This document shows positions 29,633 through 39,376 of a DNA stretch of 64,000 nucleotides, piece after piece; position 1 is the stretch's first letter; every line of letters starts with the position of its first letter. The position numbers were made by a program, and so were the translations under genes. The notes under the pieces were generated by a model. That model saw only the letters and a list, made by a program, of their open reading frames with translations, was not told the DNA's origin and ran no database searches. This DNA is from Candidatus Poribacteria bacterium (GTDB lineage: Bacteria; Poribacteria; WGA-4E; WGA-3G), in assembly GCA_022820835.1 (NCBI GenBank), contig JAJEET010000128.1, positions 10,744 through 74,743 on the forward strand, written 5' to 3'.

Positions 29633-30583
29633 CTACAGGTGAAATTCGACAACGTCTCCATCGTAAACGACATCATTGCGACTGACAGATTGTCCATCGT
29701 GCCATTGGGGTCCCCATATCCGTGCGAACTTGAACGCTTCAAAATCCTTATGTAAACCGATAGCGGCATCAAGGACAGTTGAACCGACAGGCAAAACGAT
29801 TGGATCGTCGCGTTCTACTGCTTTACCGGGTGCTTTCGGATAAACACGCAAGATTTCTAATGCCTTGTAGAGTCCTTGTAGCAAATCCTCTTTACCGTCT
29901 TCAGTCTCAGCAGAGATCGGAAAGATTTGGAACGTCTCTCCATAAAATTCTTTGAGTATTTCCAACCTCTCGTCTGCGCCGCCAGCGTCGAGTTGATTTG
30001 CGACGAGATGATATTCACCTTCCGATAGATCATCTTCTACTTCGTTAAGGAGTTGTGCCACCGTGTCCAGATCATCCAGTAAGTTGTCGCTTGCAAGACT
30101 TATAACAGGGAGTACAAGGTCGGCGTTGCGAATAAGCGTCATTACAGTCGGCAAAACATAGTCAGGCATAATTGACGGTGTATCAATGAGTTGGAATTGG
30201 ATGTTCTCATATCGGAGCATCCCGACCATAGGTGTGGTGGTTGTGTATGGTGTCGCTGAAACCTCAGCGTTGGCGTTCGTAAATTTTGCGAGGATCTGAG
30301 ATTTTCCACCGTTCGGCGGCCCAAAGAGAACGATCTGTCCGGCACCCTGTTTTGGGATATGTTCGCTATAGCTTCTTTTCCCAGATCCTTTTCCTTTCTC
30401 TGCCGGTGCCCTTTTGTGCGCAGCGATACGGCGGCGAAGGTCCGAAACCACCTTCTCTGAACCTTTGTGCTTTGGGACGATGCGTAACATCTCTTCTAAC
30501 AGTCGCAACCGTTCCTCGTCTGTCTTAGCGGCTTCATGTTCGTGCTTGAGTTTGTAGTAGGTTGGGGGTAAATTTGCTGGCAT
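29633..30583 (-). CDS. DRG-like Obg-family GTPase with a C-terminal TGS domain
   Basis: G1 is GPPNGGKS, G3-like is DTPS and G4-like is NQLD. The C-terminus ILRVYPKAPGK...PIVLPVGSTVLDAAIGLHKDFEAFKFARIWG...VVYDGDVVEF matches the DRG/TGS tail. It ends 18 nt before the VWA gene. Confidence 0.75.
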   Translation of the reverse strand: MPANLPPTYYKLKHEHEAAKTDEERLRLLEEMLRIVPKHKGSEKVVSDLRRRIAAHKRAPAEKGKGSGKRSYSEHIPKQGAGQIVLFGPPNGGKSQILAKFTNANAEVSATPYTTTTPMVGMLRYENIQFQLIDTPSIMPDYVLPTVMTLIRNADLVLPVISLASDNLLDDLDTVAQLLNEVEDDLSEGEYHLVANQLDAGGADERLEILKEFYGETFQIFPISAETEDGKEDLLQGLYKALEILRVYPKAPGKAVERDDPIVLPVGSTVLDAAIGLHKDFEAFKFARIWGPQWHDGQSVSRNDVVYDGDVVEFHL

Positions 30584-30652
30584 CTTCTCGTCTACTTCCG
30601 TCGTGTGCGAAATTTATCAAGCGTCGGTTTCAGGCAATGTGCACAATCCCTA

Positions 30653-30681
30653 TTTACAACGAGAACAAAATCTGTTAAAAT
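30653..30681 (+). promoter_or_regulatory. Sigma70-like promoter for the M28 peptidase gene
   Basis: TTTACA, 17 nt, TAAAAT, about 45 nt upstream of ATG 30726. This argues against the track's earlier start at 30603. Confidence 0.4.
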
Positions 30682-30725
30682 CAGAGAAACCGTTAATTAA
30701 AATAGGATACAAGATTTTCACGCTT

Positions 30726-32339
30726 ATGTCAAGGCAATTAATTTACGCACTTCAAGTTAAAATAAAAAAACACGCGGTGCTTCTCACACTCCTATGTCTA
30801 CCGCTATCTGTTTCGGCACAAGAAAGCAATCATGTCTCGCAGCGTGGCGATGCACTCCTGACGCAGGTCCATTCCGATGCCCTTGAAGCACAAGTCGTCG
30901 CATTACAAGAGAACGTTGCGGCTGGTTCCAGTTTCCACGCGCTCAGAACACGCAGTGCACATCATCGCGAAGCGACAGAGAATACTATTCGCTACATCAC
31001 AAATCAATTTCGCCGTTCCCCGCGTCTACAAGTAAATGAACAGGTCTTTGGCGGGATTAGAAATGTCGTTGCCACACTACCCCCACGGTCGAATTCGACG
31101 AGTAAACGTATCTTCATTATTTGTGCACATTACGACACACAAGCAATTCGTGATCCGAATTGGAACCCACTATCATCAACGGCACCGGGTGCGAATAATA
31201 ACGGGACAGGTGTCGCTGCAATGTTGGAAATAGCATCTCTTTTAAGTCGCTATGAATACGACCACGAGTTACGATTTGTCGCCTTCGGCGGTGAAGAACT
31301 CGGTTTTCTTGGCAGTCGGCAGTATGTTCGGAACGCATCCGCGATAAAGATAAATGACGATACCGACACTGCCTTCGCCCGCGAGAAAATTATCGCTGTA
31401 TTTAACTTGGATATGTTCGGTTTCAACTGGAAAAGCGATCTCGTTGAAATTGTTACGAACAACGATTCATCATGGATAAGCCGCGCACTTATTATTGCAA
31501 ACAGATGGTATGATATCGGTTTAAAAATCCGTCGGTCACAAGACGAATTTGTGGATATTTCCTCCCATAAACCGTTCTGGGATGGTGGTTATAATGCAGT
31601 AACGCTAACCGAGAGTTCAACACCGTGGCGTGACTCCCAAAACTACAATGCCAATCCTTTTTATCATACCGCTGCGGATACCGCAGACAAGGTGAACTTC
31701 CGTTTGGTGAAAAAAGTGACGCAGCTGGTGTTGATTACGATGGACAGTCTCCTCACCGACATGTTTCATCCGATGCGGCAGGTACCACAGTTGAGATTAG
31801 AACTCCCTACAACTACCGAAGAGAGCGAATTAGAGATTATAGGAACATTCCATTCGGACTTTCCAATTGACATTATCGTTCATCCGAGCCAAACAGAGGC
31901 AATTATAGATCGCGAAACACAGACCTATACGGCACGCGTGCCGTTGAATCCGGGGAAGAATGTGCTTAACGTCGTCGCTCGTTATCCGCTCGGTGCGGTT
32001 TCAGTCGTTAAGTCCACTATTTTGACGCAAGCGTTCGCGTGGCGCGATGTGGTCGTGTTTCCGAACCCGGCACGCTCAGACGGTTTGACTGAATTCCGCG
32101 TTGAGGCCAATGCGGATATAACCGACATGCGGATAGCCATCTATGATTCGGATGGTAACTTAATAAAACGGATTGAAGGTGTCGCGGATCGGCTAAGTCA
32201 ACGGCTTTGGCGTACGTGGTGGAATCAGCAGACATCTTATGGGTTGGCTGTCTCTCCGGGGATTTATTTTTCTCATATTTCGGTTGTCTCTAAAGGAGTG
32301 ACATATACCTATCTGGAGAAGTTAGCAATTTTACGGTAG
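30726..32339 (+). CDS. Secreted M28-family aminopeptidase with a T9SS-type / FlgD-Ig-like C-terminal domain
   Basis: Signal peptide LLTLLCLPLSVSA/QE. M28 motifs are ICAHYDT, NNNGTGVAAMLE and FGGEELGFLGS. The C-terminal ~100 aa reads VFPNP...IAIYDSDG...VSPGIYF...KLAILR. Confidence 0.8.
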   Translation: MSRQLIYALQVKIKKHAVLLTLLCLPLSVSAQESNHVSQRGDALLTQVHSDALEAQVVALQENVAAGSSFHALRTRSAHHREATENTIRYITNQFRRSPRLQVNEQVFGGIRNVVATLPPRSNSTSKRIFIICAHYDTQAIRDPNWNPLSSTAPGANNNGTGVAAMLEIASLLSRYEYDHELRFVAFGGEELGFLGSRQYVRNASAIKINDDTDTAFAREKIIAVFNLDMFGFNWKSDLVEIVTNNDSSWISRALIIANRWYDIGLKIRRSQDEFVDISSHKPFWDGGYNAVTLTESSTPWRDSQNYNANPFYHTAADTADKVNFRLVKKVTQLVLITMDSLLTDMFHPMRQVPQLRLELPTTTEESELEIIGTFHSDFPIDIIVHPSQTEAIIDRETQTYTARVPLNPGKNVLNVVARYPLGAVSVVKSTILTQAFAWRDVVVFPNPARSDGLTEFRVEANADITDMRIAIYDSDGNLIKRIEGVADRLSQRLWRTWWNQQTSYGLAVSPGIYFSHISVVSKGVTYTYLEKLAILR

Positions 32340-32379
32340 CAATCGCGAGCACAACGCGCATTTACAATAGTGAAAACAT

Positions 32380-32408
32380 TTGACATATTCGCACAACTAT
32401 GTTAAGAT
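32380..32408 (+). promoter_or_regulatory. Sigma70-like promoter for htrA
   Basis: TTGACA, 17 nt, TAAGAT, about 50 nt upstream of ATG 32460. Confidence 0.45.
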
Positions 32409-32459
32409 AAACTACACAGAGCATCACTTGTATACAGAAAATGTTGAGAGGGGATATCG

Positions 32460-33803
32460 ATGAAAAAAAATATTTTTCTTTGCCCGAGCCTGCTATTTCT
32501 TGTCATTAGTGTAAGCATTGTTATATCATGTGGAGGGACAACACAACAACCGACAGATGTCGAACTGTTGGGTTCCATCGAAAACGCGTTTGTAAATGTT
32601 GCGAAACGTAGTACACCTGCGATTGTCGGTATTACTACATTCCGCCAAGCAGAAGATCCTCGATTTCGTAGGCAAGAAGGTTCAGGATTCATCTTTCGGG
32701 GGGACGGTTACATCCTCACCAATGAACATGTGATCCGAGATTCAACAGTGATTAGAGTGCGGCTGCTTGATGAAAGCGTATATGAAGCAAAATTAGTTGG
32801 CACAGACCCGAATACGGATATTGCGGTCTTAAAAATTGACGCGCCCGAAACCCTTCCGGTGCTTCCTTTGGCAAATTCGGAAGCGGTACAGGTCGGACAG
32901 TTTGCCATCGCTATCGGCAACCCATTTCAATTGAATCACACGGTAACGATCGGTACTGTGAGTGGTAAAGGACGTTCATTCCTTCCTGACCGTGGTATTG
33001 TGCGGTATCAGGATTTCATCCAAACGGATGCCTGGATCAATGTGGGTAACAGCGGAGGACCGTTACTGAATATCCACGGTGAAGTTATTGGGATTAACTC
33101 ATTAATCCGTCGTCCAGACAATACACCCGCTACCAATGCGGTTAGAGCTGGTGCCGGATTTGCTATCTCAAGCAATCTGGTGGAAAAGATCGGGACGCAG
33201 CTGATTGCTAAAGGACGCATCATCCGCGGGTACCTTGGGATAGGTATGGAAGAGGTCCCACAAGGAATTCGTGTTTTACGTGTTTCACGAAACATGCCGG
33301 CGCATCTTAGCGGACTCCAACGCGGCGACATTATCATTGGATACAACGGAAAAAAAGTGGCGGATTCCGATGAATTTAAAATGTGGATCGCGGACTCGCA
33401 AGTCGGTAAGGAATCAAAAATTACAGTCCTTCGCAACGGACACGAAAGAATGTTCAATGTAACTATAGGAGAAATGCCAGCACTACTAGCCGGAAGACCT
33501 GTTGAAACCGACTCTGTGGCGTGGCATGAACTTGGAATAAGGGTTCGGAAGTTAGAAAAAGGCGACGCTGAAAGATATACCTACCTAACTGAGGACGATC
33601 GCGGTGTTATCGTCCTTGATGCAGTTCAAGTCAATAGCCAGATTCCGAGAGGCACACTTATTACTGCCATCAATGGGCAGAGGATTACCAGTACACAGGA
33701 ATTGGAAGCCTTTCTCCAAAAAAAGCAAGAGCTTAACGAAATTATCCTTGATATCAAGAGCAAACACGGTACAGAAAAGATAACCGTCCCGTTAAAACGT
33801 TAG
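32460..33803 (+). CDS. htrA: HtrA/DegP-family periplasmic serine protease with two PDZ domains
   Basis: Catalytic triad context TNEHV, DIAVLKI and GNSGGPLLN, with two PDZ-like modules downstream and a signal/anchor at the N-terminus. Confidence 0.9.
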   Translation: MKKNIFLCPSLLFLVISVSIVISCGGTTQQPTDVELLGSIENAFVNVAKRSTPAIVGITTFRQAEDPRFRRQEGSGFIFRGDGYILTNEHVIRDSTVIRVRLLDESVYEAKLVGTDPNTDIAVLKIDAPETLPVLPLANSEAVQVGQFAIAIGNPFQLNHTVTIGTVSGKGRSFLPDRGIVRYQDFIQTDAWINVGNSGGPLLNIHGEVIGINSLIRRPDNTPATNAVRAGAGFAISSNLVEKIGTQLIAKGRIIRGYLGIGMEEVPQGIRVLRVSRNMPAHLSGLQRGDIIIGYNGKKVADSDEFKMWIADSQVGKESKITVLRNGHERMFNVTIGEMPALLAGRPVETDSVAWHELGIRVRKLEKGDAERYTYLTEDDRGVIVLDAVQVNSQIPRGTLITAINGQRITSTQELEAFLQKKQELNEIILDIKSKHGTEKITVPLKR

Positions 33804-33874
33804 GCATCAATCACAGGAAATACGCGAACTGAAGCAGGTTTGTGCGAAATGCTGCTCCGTGAGAGACAGAAAAT

Positions 33875-35857
33875 ATGGAAACATCGACACCGGTGACGCT
33901 CAGAGAAATCTTTAGTCCAGGCGGACTCATTGCGCAACACCTTGACGGGTATGAGTTCCGCGAAGAGCAATTACACATGGCACATGAGGTATCCCGAGCT
34001 CTAACCTCCTCCGAACACCTAATTGTTGAAGCCGGAACAGGTGTCGGTAAAAGTTTTGCTTATCTCATTCCAGCAATCTCTCACGCGCTTAGATCAGAAC
34101 AAAAGGTCGTCATTTCGACGAATACCATCAGCCTACAGGAACAACTCGTCACGAAAGATCTCCCGTTTCTGCAGCGCGTTCTTCCTCGAGATTTCAACAT
34201 CTTGCTCGCGAAAGGACGGCGCAATTACCTTTCACGGAGACGGCTTAAAAACCTACTCAACTATGAACGTGGACTCTTTGATACCCATGACGAGGTGGAA
34301 CAGGTGGCTGCCATTGACGAATGGGCAAACCAGAGTGCAGACGGTAGTAAGGCGGACCTGCCGTTACAGCCTTACGCACAGGTTTGGGATAAAGTCGCGT
34401 CTGACAGAGATAATTGTCTTGGTCGTAGCTGCGAGACCTACGACACCTGCTTCTACTTCAAGGTTCGGCGGGAAATGCACAATGCGGATCTGCTCATCGT
34501 TAACCATCATCTCCTCTTCAGCGATCTTGCCGTCCGTAAAGCCAGCGACTCAGCTGCTGGAATTTTGCCTGATTACGACTATCTCATCATTGACGAAGCA
34601 CACCATCTGGAAGCGACGGCGACGAGCCACGCGAGTATCAACTTCAACAACAATCGCGTTAAATGGCTACTCGATTCTCTCTACAATGAACGGAACGACG
34701 ATGGATTGGCGACACATTACGATTCGTCACAACTAAAAGATCAGACCATAGAGGCACGCGAACAGACAAATATACTGTTCAATAGTATCGTTGAAGAAAT
34801 AAAGGAACTCGACGAAGATGGACACAGTACCACCCTAACACACCGTATTCACAAAAGCAATTTTGTTGAAAATGTATTGGATGCTCCGCTTGCAAAGATA
34901 GAAAAAACATTGAAAGTCCTGCAAGACGAGGCAACAACAGAGGATGACGAGCAAGAGATTATCGCACACCAACGCCACTGTGAACGGCTTCGTGACGAAT
35001 TGGATATGCTCATTCGGCAAAACGATCCGAATTATGTGTACTGGATAGAAATATCGTCCCGAAATTACCCACCCCGTATTGTTTTAAACGCGACCCCGGC
35101 AAATGTAAATCAGATGCTGCAGGAGCAGCTATTTTCAGAAAAGAATAGCGTCGTCATGACGAGTGCGACACTCTCTACAAATCGCAATTTTGGCTACTTC
35201 AAAGCACGGGTCGGGATAGACGCGTGTCGCGAACTCCTTGTCCACTCACCCTTCAACTTTAAAAAACAGGTCCAACTGCACATTCCGAAAGGGATGCCGG
35301 ATCCGAAGAGTAGTGAATTCACCACCTCTGTGATCGATAAAATTCGACATTACCTTAAGCTGACACACGGCAAAGCATTTGTCTTATTTACGAGTTACAG
35401 GATGATGGACGAGGTCTATGACGCTGTCGTTCCTGATTTAGTAGCAATAGGGGTCACATCTTTCAAGCAGGGCGGCGAACTCTCACGGACAGACATGCTT
35501 CAAGCGTTTCGTGAGGACACCGACTCGGTTTTATTTGGGACCTCGAGTTTCTGGGAAGGTGTTGATGTCCGCGGTGAGGCATTGAGCAACGTTATTATAA
35601 CACGTCTCCCGTTTGAGGTGCCGACACATCCGGTGATGGAGGCGCGCGTGAAACAGATCAAGGAGAGCGGGGGCGATGAGTTTTCGGAGTTTAGTTTACC
35701 GGAAGCGATTCTTCGACTGAAGCAGGGGTTTGGACGACTTATCCGTACAACGAACGACAAAGGGATTGTCGTCATTCTTGATCCTCGGGTCAAAACTCGT
35801 AGTTATGGGAAAGCGTTCCTTCGATCATTGCCAGACTGTGAAATTGTAGAAGAGTAA
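33875..35857 (+). CDS. dinG: DinG/Rad3-family ATP-dependent DNA helicase
   Basis: Walker A is AGTGVGKS, the DEAH box is IIDEAHHLE, and the C-terminal helicase motifs are TSATL and QGFGRLIRT. Only three clustered Cys (CLGRSCETYDTC), so Fe-S status is unclear. Confidence 0.75.
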   Translation: METSTPVTLREIFSPGGLIAQHLDGYEFREEQLHMAHEVSRALTSSEHLIVEAGTGVGKSFAYLIPAISHALRSEQKVVISTNTISLQEQLVTKDLPFLQRVLPRDFNILLAKGRRNYLSRRRLKNLLNYERGLFDTHDEVEQVAAIDEWANQSADGSKADLPLQPYAQVWDKVASDRDNCLGRSCETYDTCFYFKVRREMHNADLLIVNHHLLFSDLAVRKASDSAAGILPDYDYLIIDEAHHLEATATSHASINFNNNRVKWLLDSLYNERNDDGLATHYDSSQLKDQTIEAREQTNILFNSIVEEIKELDEDGHSTTLTHRIHKSNFVENVLDAPLAKIEKTLKVLQDEATTEDDEQEIIAHQRHCERLRDELDMLIRQNDPNYVYWIEISSRNYPPRIVLNATPANVNQMLQEQLFSEKNSVVMTSATLSTNRNFGYFKARVGIDACRELLVHSPFNFKKQVQLHIPKGMPDPKSSEFTTSVIDKIRHYLKLTHGKAFVLFTSYRMMDEVYDAVVPDLVAIGVTSFKQGGELSRTDMLQAFREDTDSVLFGTSSFWEGVDVRGEALSNVIITRLPFEVPTHPVMEARVKQIKESGGDEFSEFSLPEAILRLKQGFGRLIRTTNDKGIVVILDPRVKTRSYGKAFLRSLPDCEIVEE

Positions 35858-35895
35858 ATAAGAAGCTCGCTGTTTGCGCACAGCGAGCTTCTTAT
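35858..35895. terminator. Strong hairpin between convergent genes (likely a bidirectional terminator)
   Basis: Perfect 16-bp stem ATAAGAAGCTCGCTGT / ACAGCGAGCTTCTTAT with a 6-nt loop, starting directly after the dinG-like stop. Confidence 0.6.
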
Positions 35896-35954
35896 GAAAA
35901 GCGTTCCAGACGCTCGACAATCGTTAGTACACCTGAGTCGGCAAACAAATCGAT

Positions 35955-37007
35955 TTAATAACGCTGTGGTGAAGGTTGCGCGATACGAATCCCTCTATCG
36001 TGTGTGAAAGGGAACACAAAATCTATCGTTTGATAGCGTTGTGCGCCGCCCGGTGGCGGTGCCTTTTCAATCGGTAGAATGACCCTTAATTCCTCAGCAT
36101 TCGACTTCGTTTCTACAAACGGTAAGAAACCTTCTTTGCTTTCACCGGGAGGTACGCCTGTCCGATGTGTGCCGACCTGCTTTTCGACAATAGGCATCCG
36201 TTTTTCGACCAAAATTTGGCGTGCGATTTCCAATCCATTTTTGACATAGAGTCCCGACGCGCGAGCATTGTATGTCAAGCGTTCCTGCAGGTCCTCATAA
36301 TCCATCCCACCATAGATGTTCTCATTTTGGTCAATGACCGTACATTTTTTTACATTAAAGATGATATTTTCGTTCCGATTGTTGGTAATCTTCACATAAA
36401 ACACATCTGTTTTTTCACCTTGGTGAAGTGCTTCCGTTTCATAAAAGGGTGAGAGGGCACTTCCGACATTGAATTTCCGGTCTAAGTCCGTGCGTCGCCA
36501 ATAAGCGATAGAAACCGTGATACCATCTTTGGTCTTTGTCAAAATCGGTTGTCTTGAGGGCACCTCAAATAACTCCGGGTAATCGGACAGCATGACGACA
36601 TCAACCATTTTTCGATCTTCACCGGTTCCTATTTCAATCTGGTTTTTGACTTCCATCCAATCGTTAAGAAATTCACCCCATTCGTCGGTAGCGTGCGCGT
36701 ATTCACTGAAAGCGAAGACGTAAGTTAACTCTTCCATATTAGCATCGCGCGCTTTGCCGATCCGGAACCCGATAGAATCCATACCGTGTTTGTCGAGCAC
36801 CGGCTTAGCAATCGTCTCAGCAGGGAGAGCTGGGACAATTATATTCTCTTCCGGTTTTTCAGCCTGTTCCATCTTTGCTTTCGCTATATTATTCACAGGT
36901 TGAATCGGTGACATACTCCTCAGTGAGGTGCCGCAACCTACGACGCAAACAGCGAGGGCAAGTAACAAGATAAAATTGAGTGCTGTGAATTTATTCAACC
37001 ATTTCAT
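35955..37007 (-). CDS. Hypothetical lipoprotein
   Basis: ATG 37007 follows AAGGAGG and gives MKWLNKFTALNFILLLALAVCVVG/C. No family recognised. It has its own promoter-like TTGACT-17-TAATTT at 37165-37193. Confidence 0.7.
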   Translation of the reverse strand: MKWLNKFTALNFILLLALAVCVVGCGTSLRSMSPIQPVNNIAKAKMEQAEKPEENIIVPALPAETIAKPVLDKHGMDSIGFRIGKARDANMEELTYVFAFSEYAHATDEWGEFLNDWMEVKNQIEIGTGEDRKMVDVVMLSDYPELFEVPSRQPILTKTKDGITVSIAYWRRTDLDRKFNVGSALSPFYETEALHQGEKTDVFYVKITNNRNENIIFNVKKCTVIDQNENIYGGMDYEDLQERLTYNARASGLYVKNGLEIARQILVEKRMPIVEKQVGTHRTGVPPGESKEGFLPFVETKSNAEELRVILPIEKAPPPGGAQRYQTIDFVFPFTHDRGIRIAQPSPQRY

Positions 37008-37221
37008 TGATAATATTGCCTCCTTGGTTACCATTCTACAAATGGGATTTCGTTTTCGATTTGTATTCCGGCTGCTCAACGGAGCAGCATGCTAACGCTA
37101 TAACTGATTTTGAGAACGCTGATAGCAAATCCAATTGGCACGCAAAAACTGTTCTCTGTTTTTAAAATTAGCATAACTCCAATTTTTAGTCAAGAAATAT
37201 GTTGGAAGAAATCTTCAATTT

Positions 37222-39345
37222 TTATTTTAAAATAGCCAGCCTGCCTATTTCCTGGACACTGAGTGATGCTTGTTTCGCGGAGATGCGATAGATATAGATC
37301 CCAGGAGCGACAGATTTTCCGTTAAGATTTGTGCCGTGCCACTCGAATTTCCCTTGCGTAAATACATTATGATGTGTGTCTTTATAGACGAGAACGCCCG
37401 CTGGTGTGTATATTTCAAGGTCAATGGTGTCTGCGATTTGGGAGGCAGAGAGTCGGTAGGCAAACACCATAGTTTTATCTGACAAGCGCAGCGGGTTAGG
37501 ATATACCCGCGTATCCTCAAGTACAAATTCTGTGGACTGAAGTTGTTCTATCCGTAACCGGTAAGAATCAATACTGCTGAACCCACTATCAGATTCCACA
37601 ACCAGATAGAGTGTTTCAGTTGAATTGGGTTGATAAATAAGTTTTAATCCGGCGATCTCAGTGGCGTTTTCACCAGTTGCATAAGTTTCACCATCTTTCC
37701 CGTGAAGAGAAAGGATATAATTATTGCCTGGTGGAACGTCAGCCAAGGTTGCCAAAATGGTGATACCACGCACGGCTTCTAATTCGTAGACATCTCGAAC
37801 ATCCGTCGAATCAAAAATGAAAGATTCGTAAGTTTCGCCATATTCGATACGGAACGCCGTCGCAAAGGTATCATTCGGTTCGTACGTGTCCCCAAACGAT
37901 ACGAGAATTGGGATCGTTAAACCTTCTGCGCCGATGTTCGTAATTGAGATGCCTGTAACGGTGCCGTCATTTGCGTTGCTATTCGGCAGTGTGCCCGGTG
38001 TAAAGGCAGTGTGTCCATCATCTAAAGAATAAGCGGCACCGTCGGTTATCGTAAACACATCTATAAAGTCAGCATCTTCTCGTTGATAAATGCCAAGATG
38101 TTCGGGGTCTGTTGGATCCTCAAGCCAGACTTGTTGTGAAGCATCATAACTGCCGATCGGATACGGCCGCGTCTCATCAATATGCCAAATCAGAATGCCA
38201 GATTCCGGTAAATAGGTATCAAAGGTTGCTCCCGAGGTTTTGTTCCGGTTTTCTATCAGAAAAAATTCCGTTGTTTCTCCGTTAGCCAGTTTCCTCGACG
38301 GATGGACATCGATTTTGAAAAGTATATTGTCTTTGGGTCCGAGTTCAAAACTGGGAACCTCAATTTGTTGGTTTTGCGTTATCTGCACCGGTTGAATCCA
38401 ACCGAGCCGTCCGTTTTGAGGTCTTGCGTCAAAATCCCACTTAAGATACCCCATAATATGGCTCGGTTCTAACCCGTTCCCGACTCCAAATTCCACAGGT
38501 CCTTGATAGGGTCCGAAAGCCCCCATAAGTCCCCATTTATGATCGTGTGCGCCTCTGAAAAATCCGTAAATATCGGGGGCACCGAAATCGTGAAAAAATT
38601 CGTGGAAATAGATACCGAGGTGCGGATGCTCAAAATCGGGTTCTTCAGCGACAACAGCAGCGGTATCAACGCGAACGCCATCGTAAATAGCATCAACACC
38701 TGGAATGAGGAGGGATTGGATGTCGTAATCTATGATTCCGGTAGATGCTTGGTCATTGCCAGCATGTATAAGAAAAATATGGTCTACGACACCGTCTTTA
38801 TCTCGGTCATATTGTGAGAAGTCGACAGTAGCATCCGCTGCTTCACACGCCTCACGAACCAACTCGCGATAGCGCGCCAAGATTCTCACGCCTTCGCCGT
38901 AATAAGTCATCGGTTTCTTAGCACGGAACCACTCGTTCCGTGCCGGCACAACGCCTCCCATTGGACCGGGTTGGATATCCATCTGTCCGTAGGAATTTTC
39001 GAGATAATAGGTTTTGAGGGAGACTCCTTCTGTAGCGAATAGATATTTATCAAACGCTGCACCGTCTCTACGTCCGGGCATGTCAGAAAAATCTATTTTG
39101 AGAGCGAGGACATATTCTATCCCGTCGGATTGCAAGACCCCCTGTTCTCTGACGAGACAACAACCGTCGAGTGCCTCAAGAAATTCAGCGTTACTCTGAG
39201 GGGCTTTGGGAACGAATTCGCCCGTGGTAGGGTCTTGATTGAAAAAGAGATATGGATTCGGTGGTGCCGCGATACACACCATCGAAAAGAAAAAAAAGAC
39301 GAAGAATTCAACAGTCAATTTCTGTACGATTTTACGTTTTGTCAA
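37222..39345 (-). CDS. Secreted M6/InhA-like HExxH metalloprotease with a pre-peptidase-like domain and a T9SS-type C-terminal domain
   Basis: HEFFHDFGAPD is the zinc motif. The C-terminus reads VYPNP...LEIYTPAG...VAPGIYIYRI...RLAILK. The track start 39615 overlaps the upstream gene by 239 nt. TTG 39345 gives a good signal peptide (MTKRKIVQKLTVEFFVFFFFSMVCIAA). ATG 39276 is the alternative. Confidence 0.7.
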   Translation of the reverse strand: MTKRKIVQKLTVEFFVFFFFSMVCIAAPPNPYLFFNQDPTTGEFVPKAPQSNAEFLEALDGCCLVREQGVLQSDGIEYVLALKIDFSDMPGRRDGAAFDKYLFATEGVSLKTYYLENSYGQMDIQPGPMGGVVPARNEWFRAKKPMTYYGEGVRILARYRELVREACEAADATVDFSQYDRDKDGVVDHIFLIHAGNDQASTGIIDYDIQSLLIPGVDAIYDGVRVDTAAVVAEEPDFEHPHLGIYFHEFFHDFGAPDIYGFFRGAHDHKWGLMGAFGPYQGPVEFGVGNGLEPSHIMGYLKWDFDARPQNGRLGWIQPVQITQNQQIEVPSFELGPKDNILFKIDVHPSRKLANGETTEFFLIENRNKTSGATFDTYLPESGILIWHIDETRPYPIGSYDASQQVWLEDPTDPEHLGIYQREDADFIDVFTITDGAAYSLDDGHTAFTPGTLPNSNANDGTVTGISITNIGAEGLTIPILVSFGDTYEPNDTFATAFRIEYGETYESFIFDSTDVRDVYELEAVRGITILATLADVPPGNNYILSLHGKDGETYATGENATEIAGLKLIYQPNSTETLYLVVESDSGFSSIDSYRLRIEQLQSTEFVLEDTRVYPNPLRLSDKTMVFAYRLSASQIADTIDLEIYTPAGVLVYKDTHHNVFTQGKFEWHGTNLNGKSVAPGIYIYRISAKQASLSVQEIGRLAILK

Positions 39346-39376
39346 AGTCAAGTCAGAACGCAGATATGAGAAATGT

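Noticed and set aside
34023-34736. 237-aa plus-strand ORF in an alternative frame inside the DinG-like gene.
   Set aside because: It lies entirely within a well-supported helicase CDS on the same strand. Its Arg/Ser-rich off-frame composition argues against coding.
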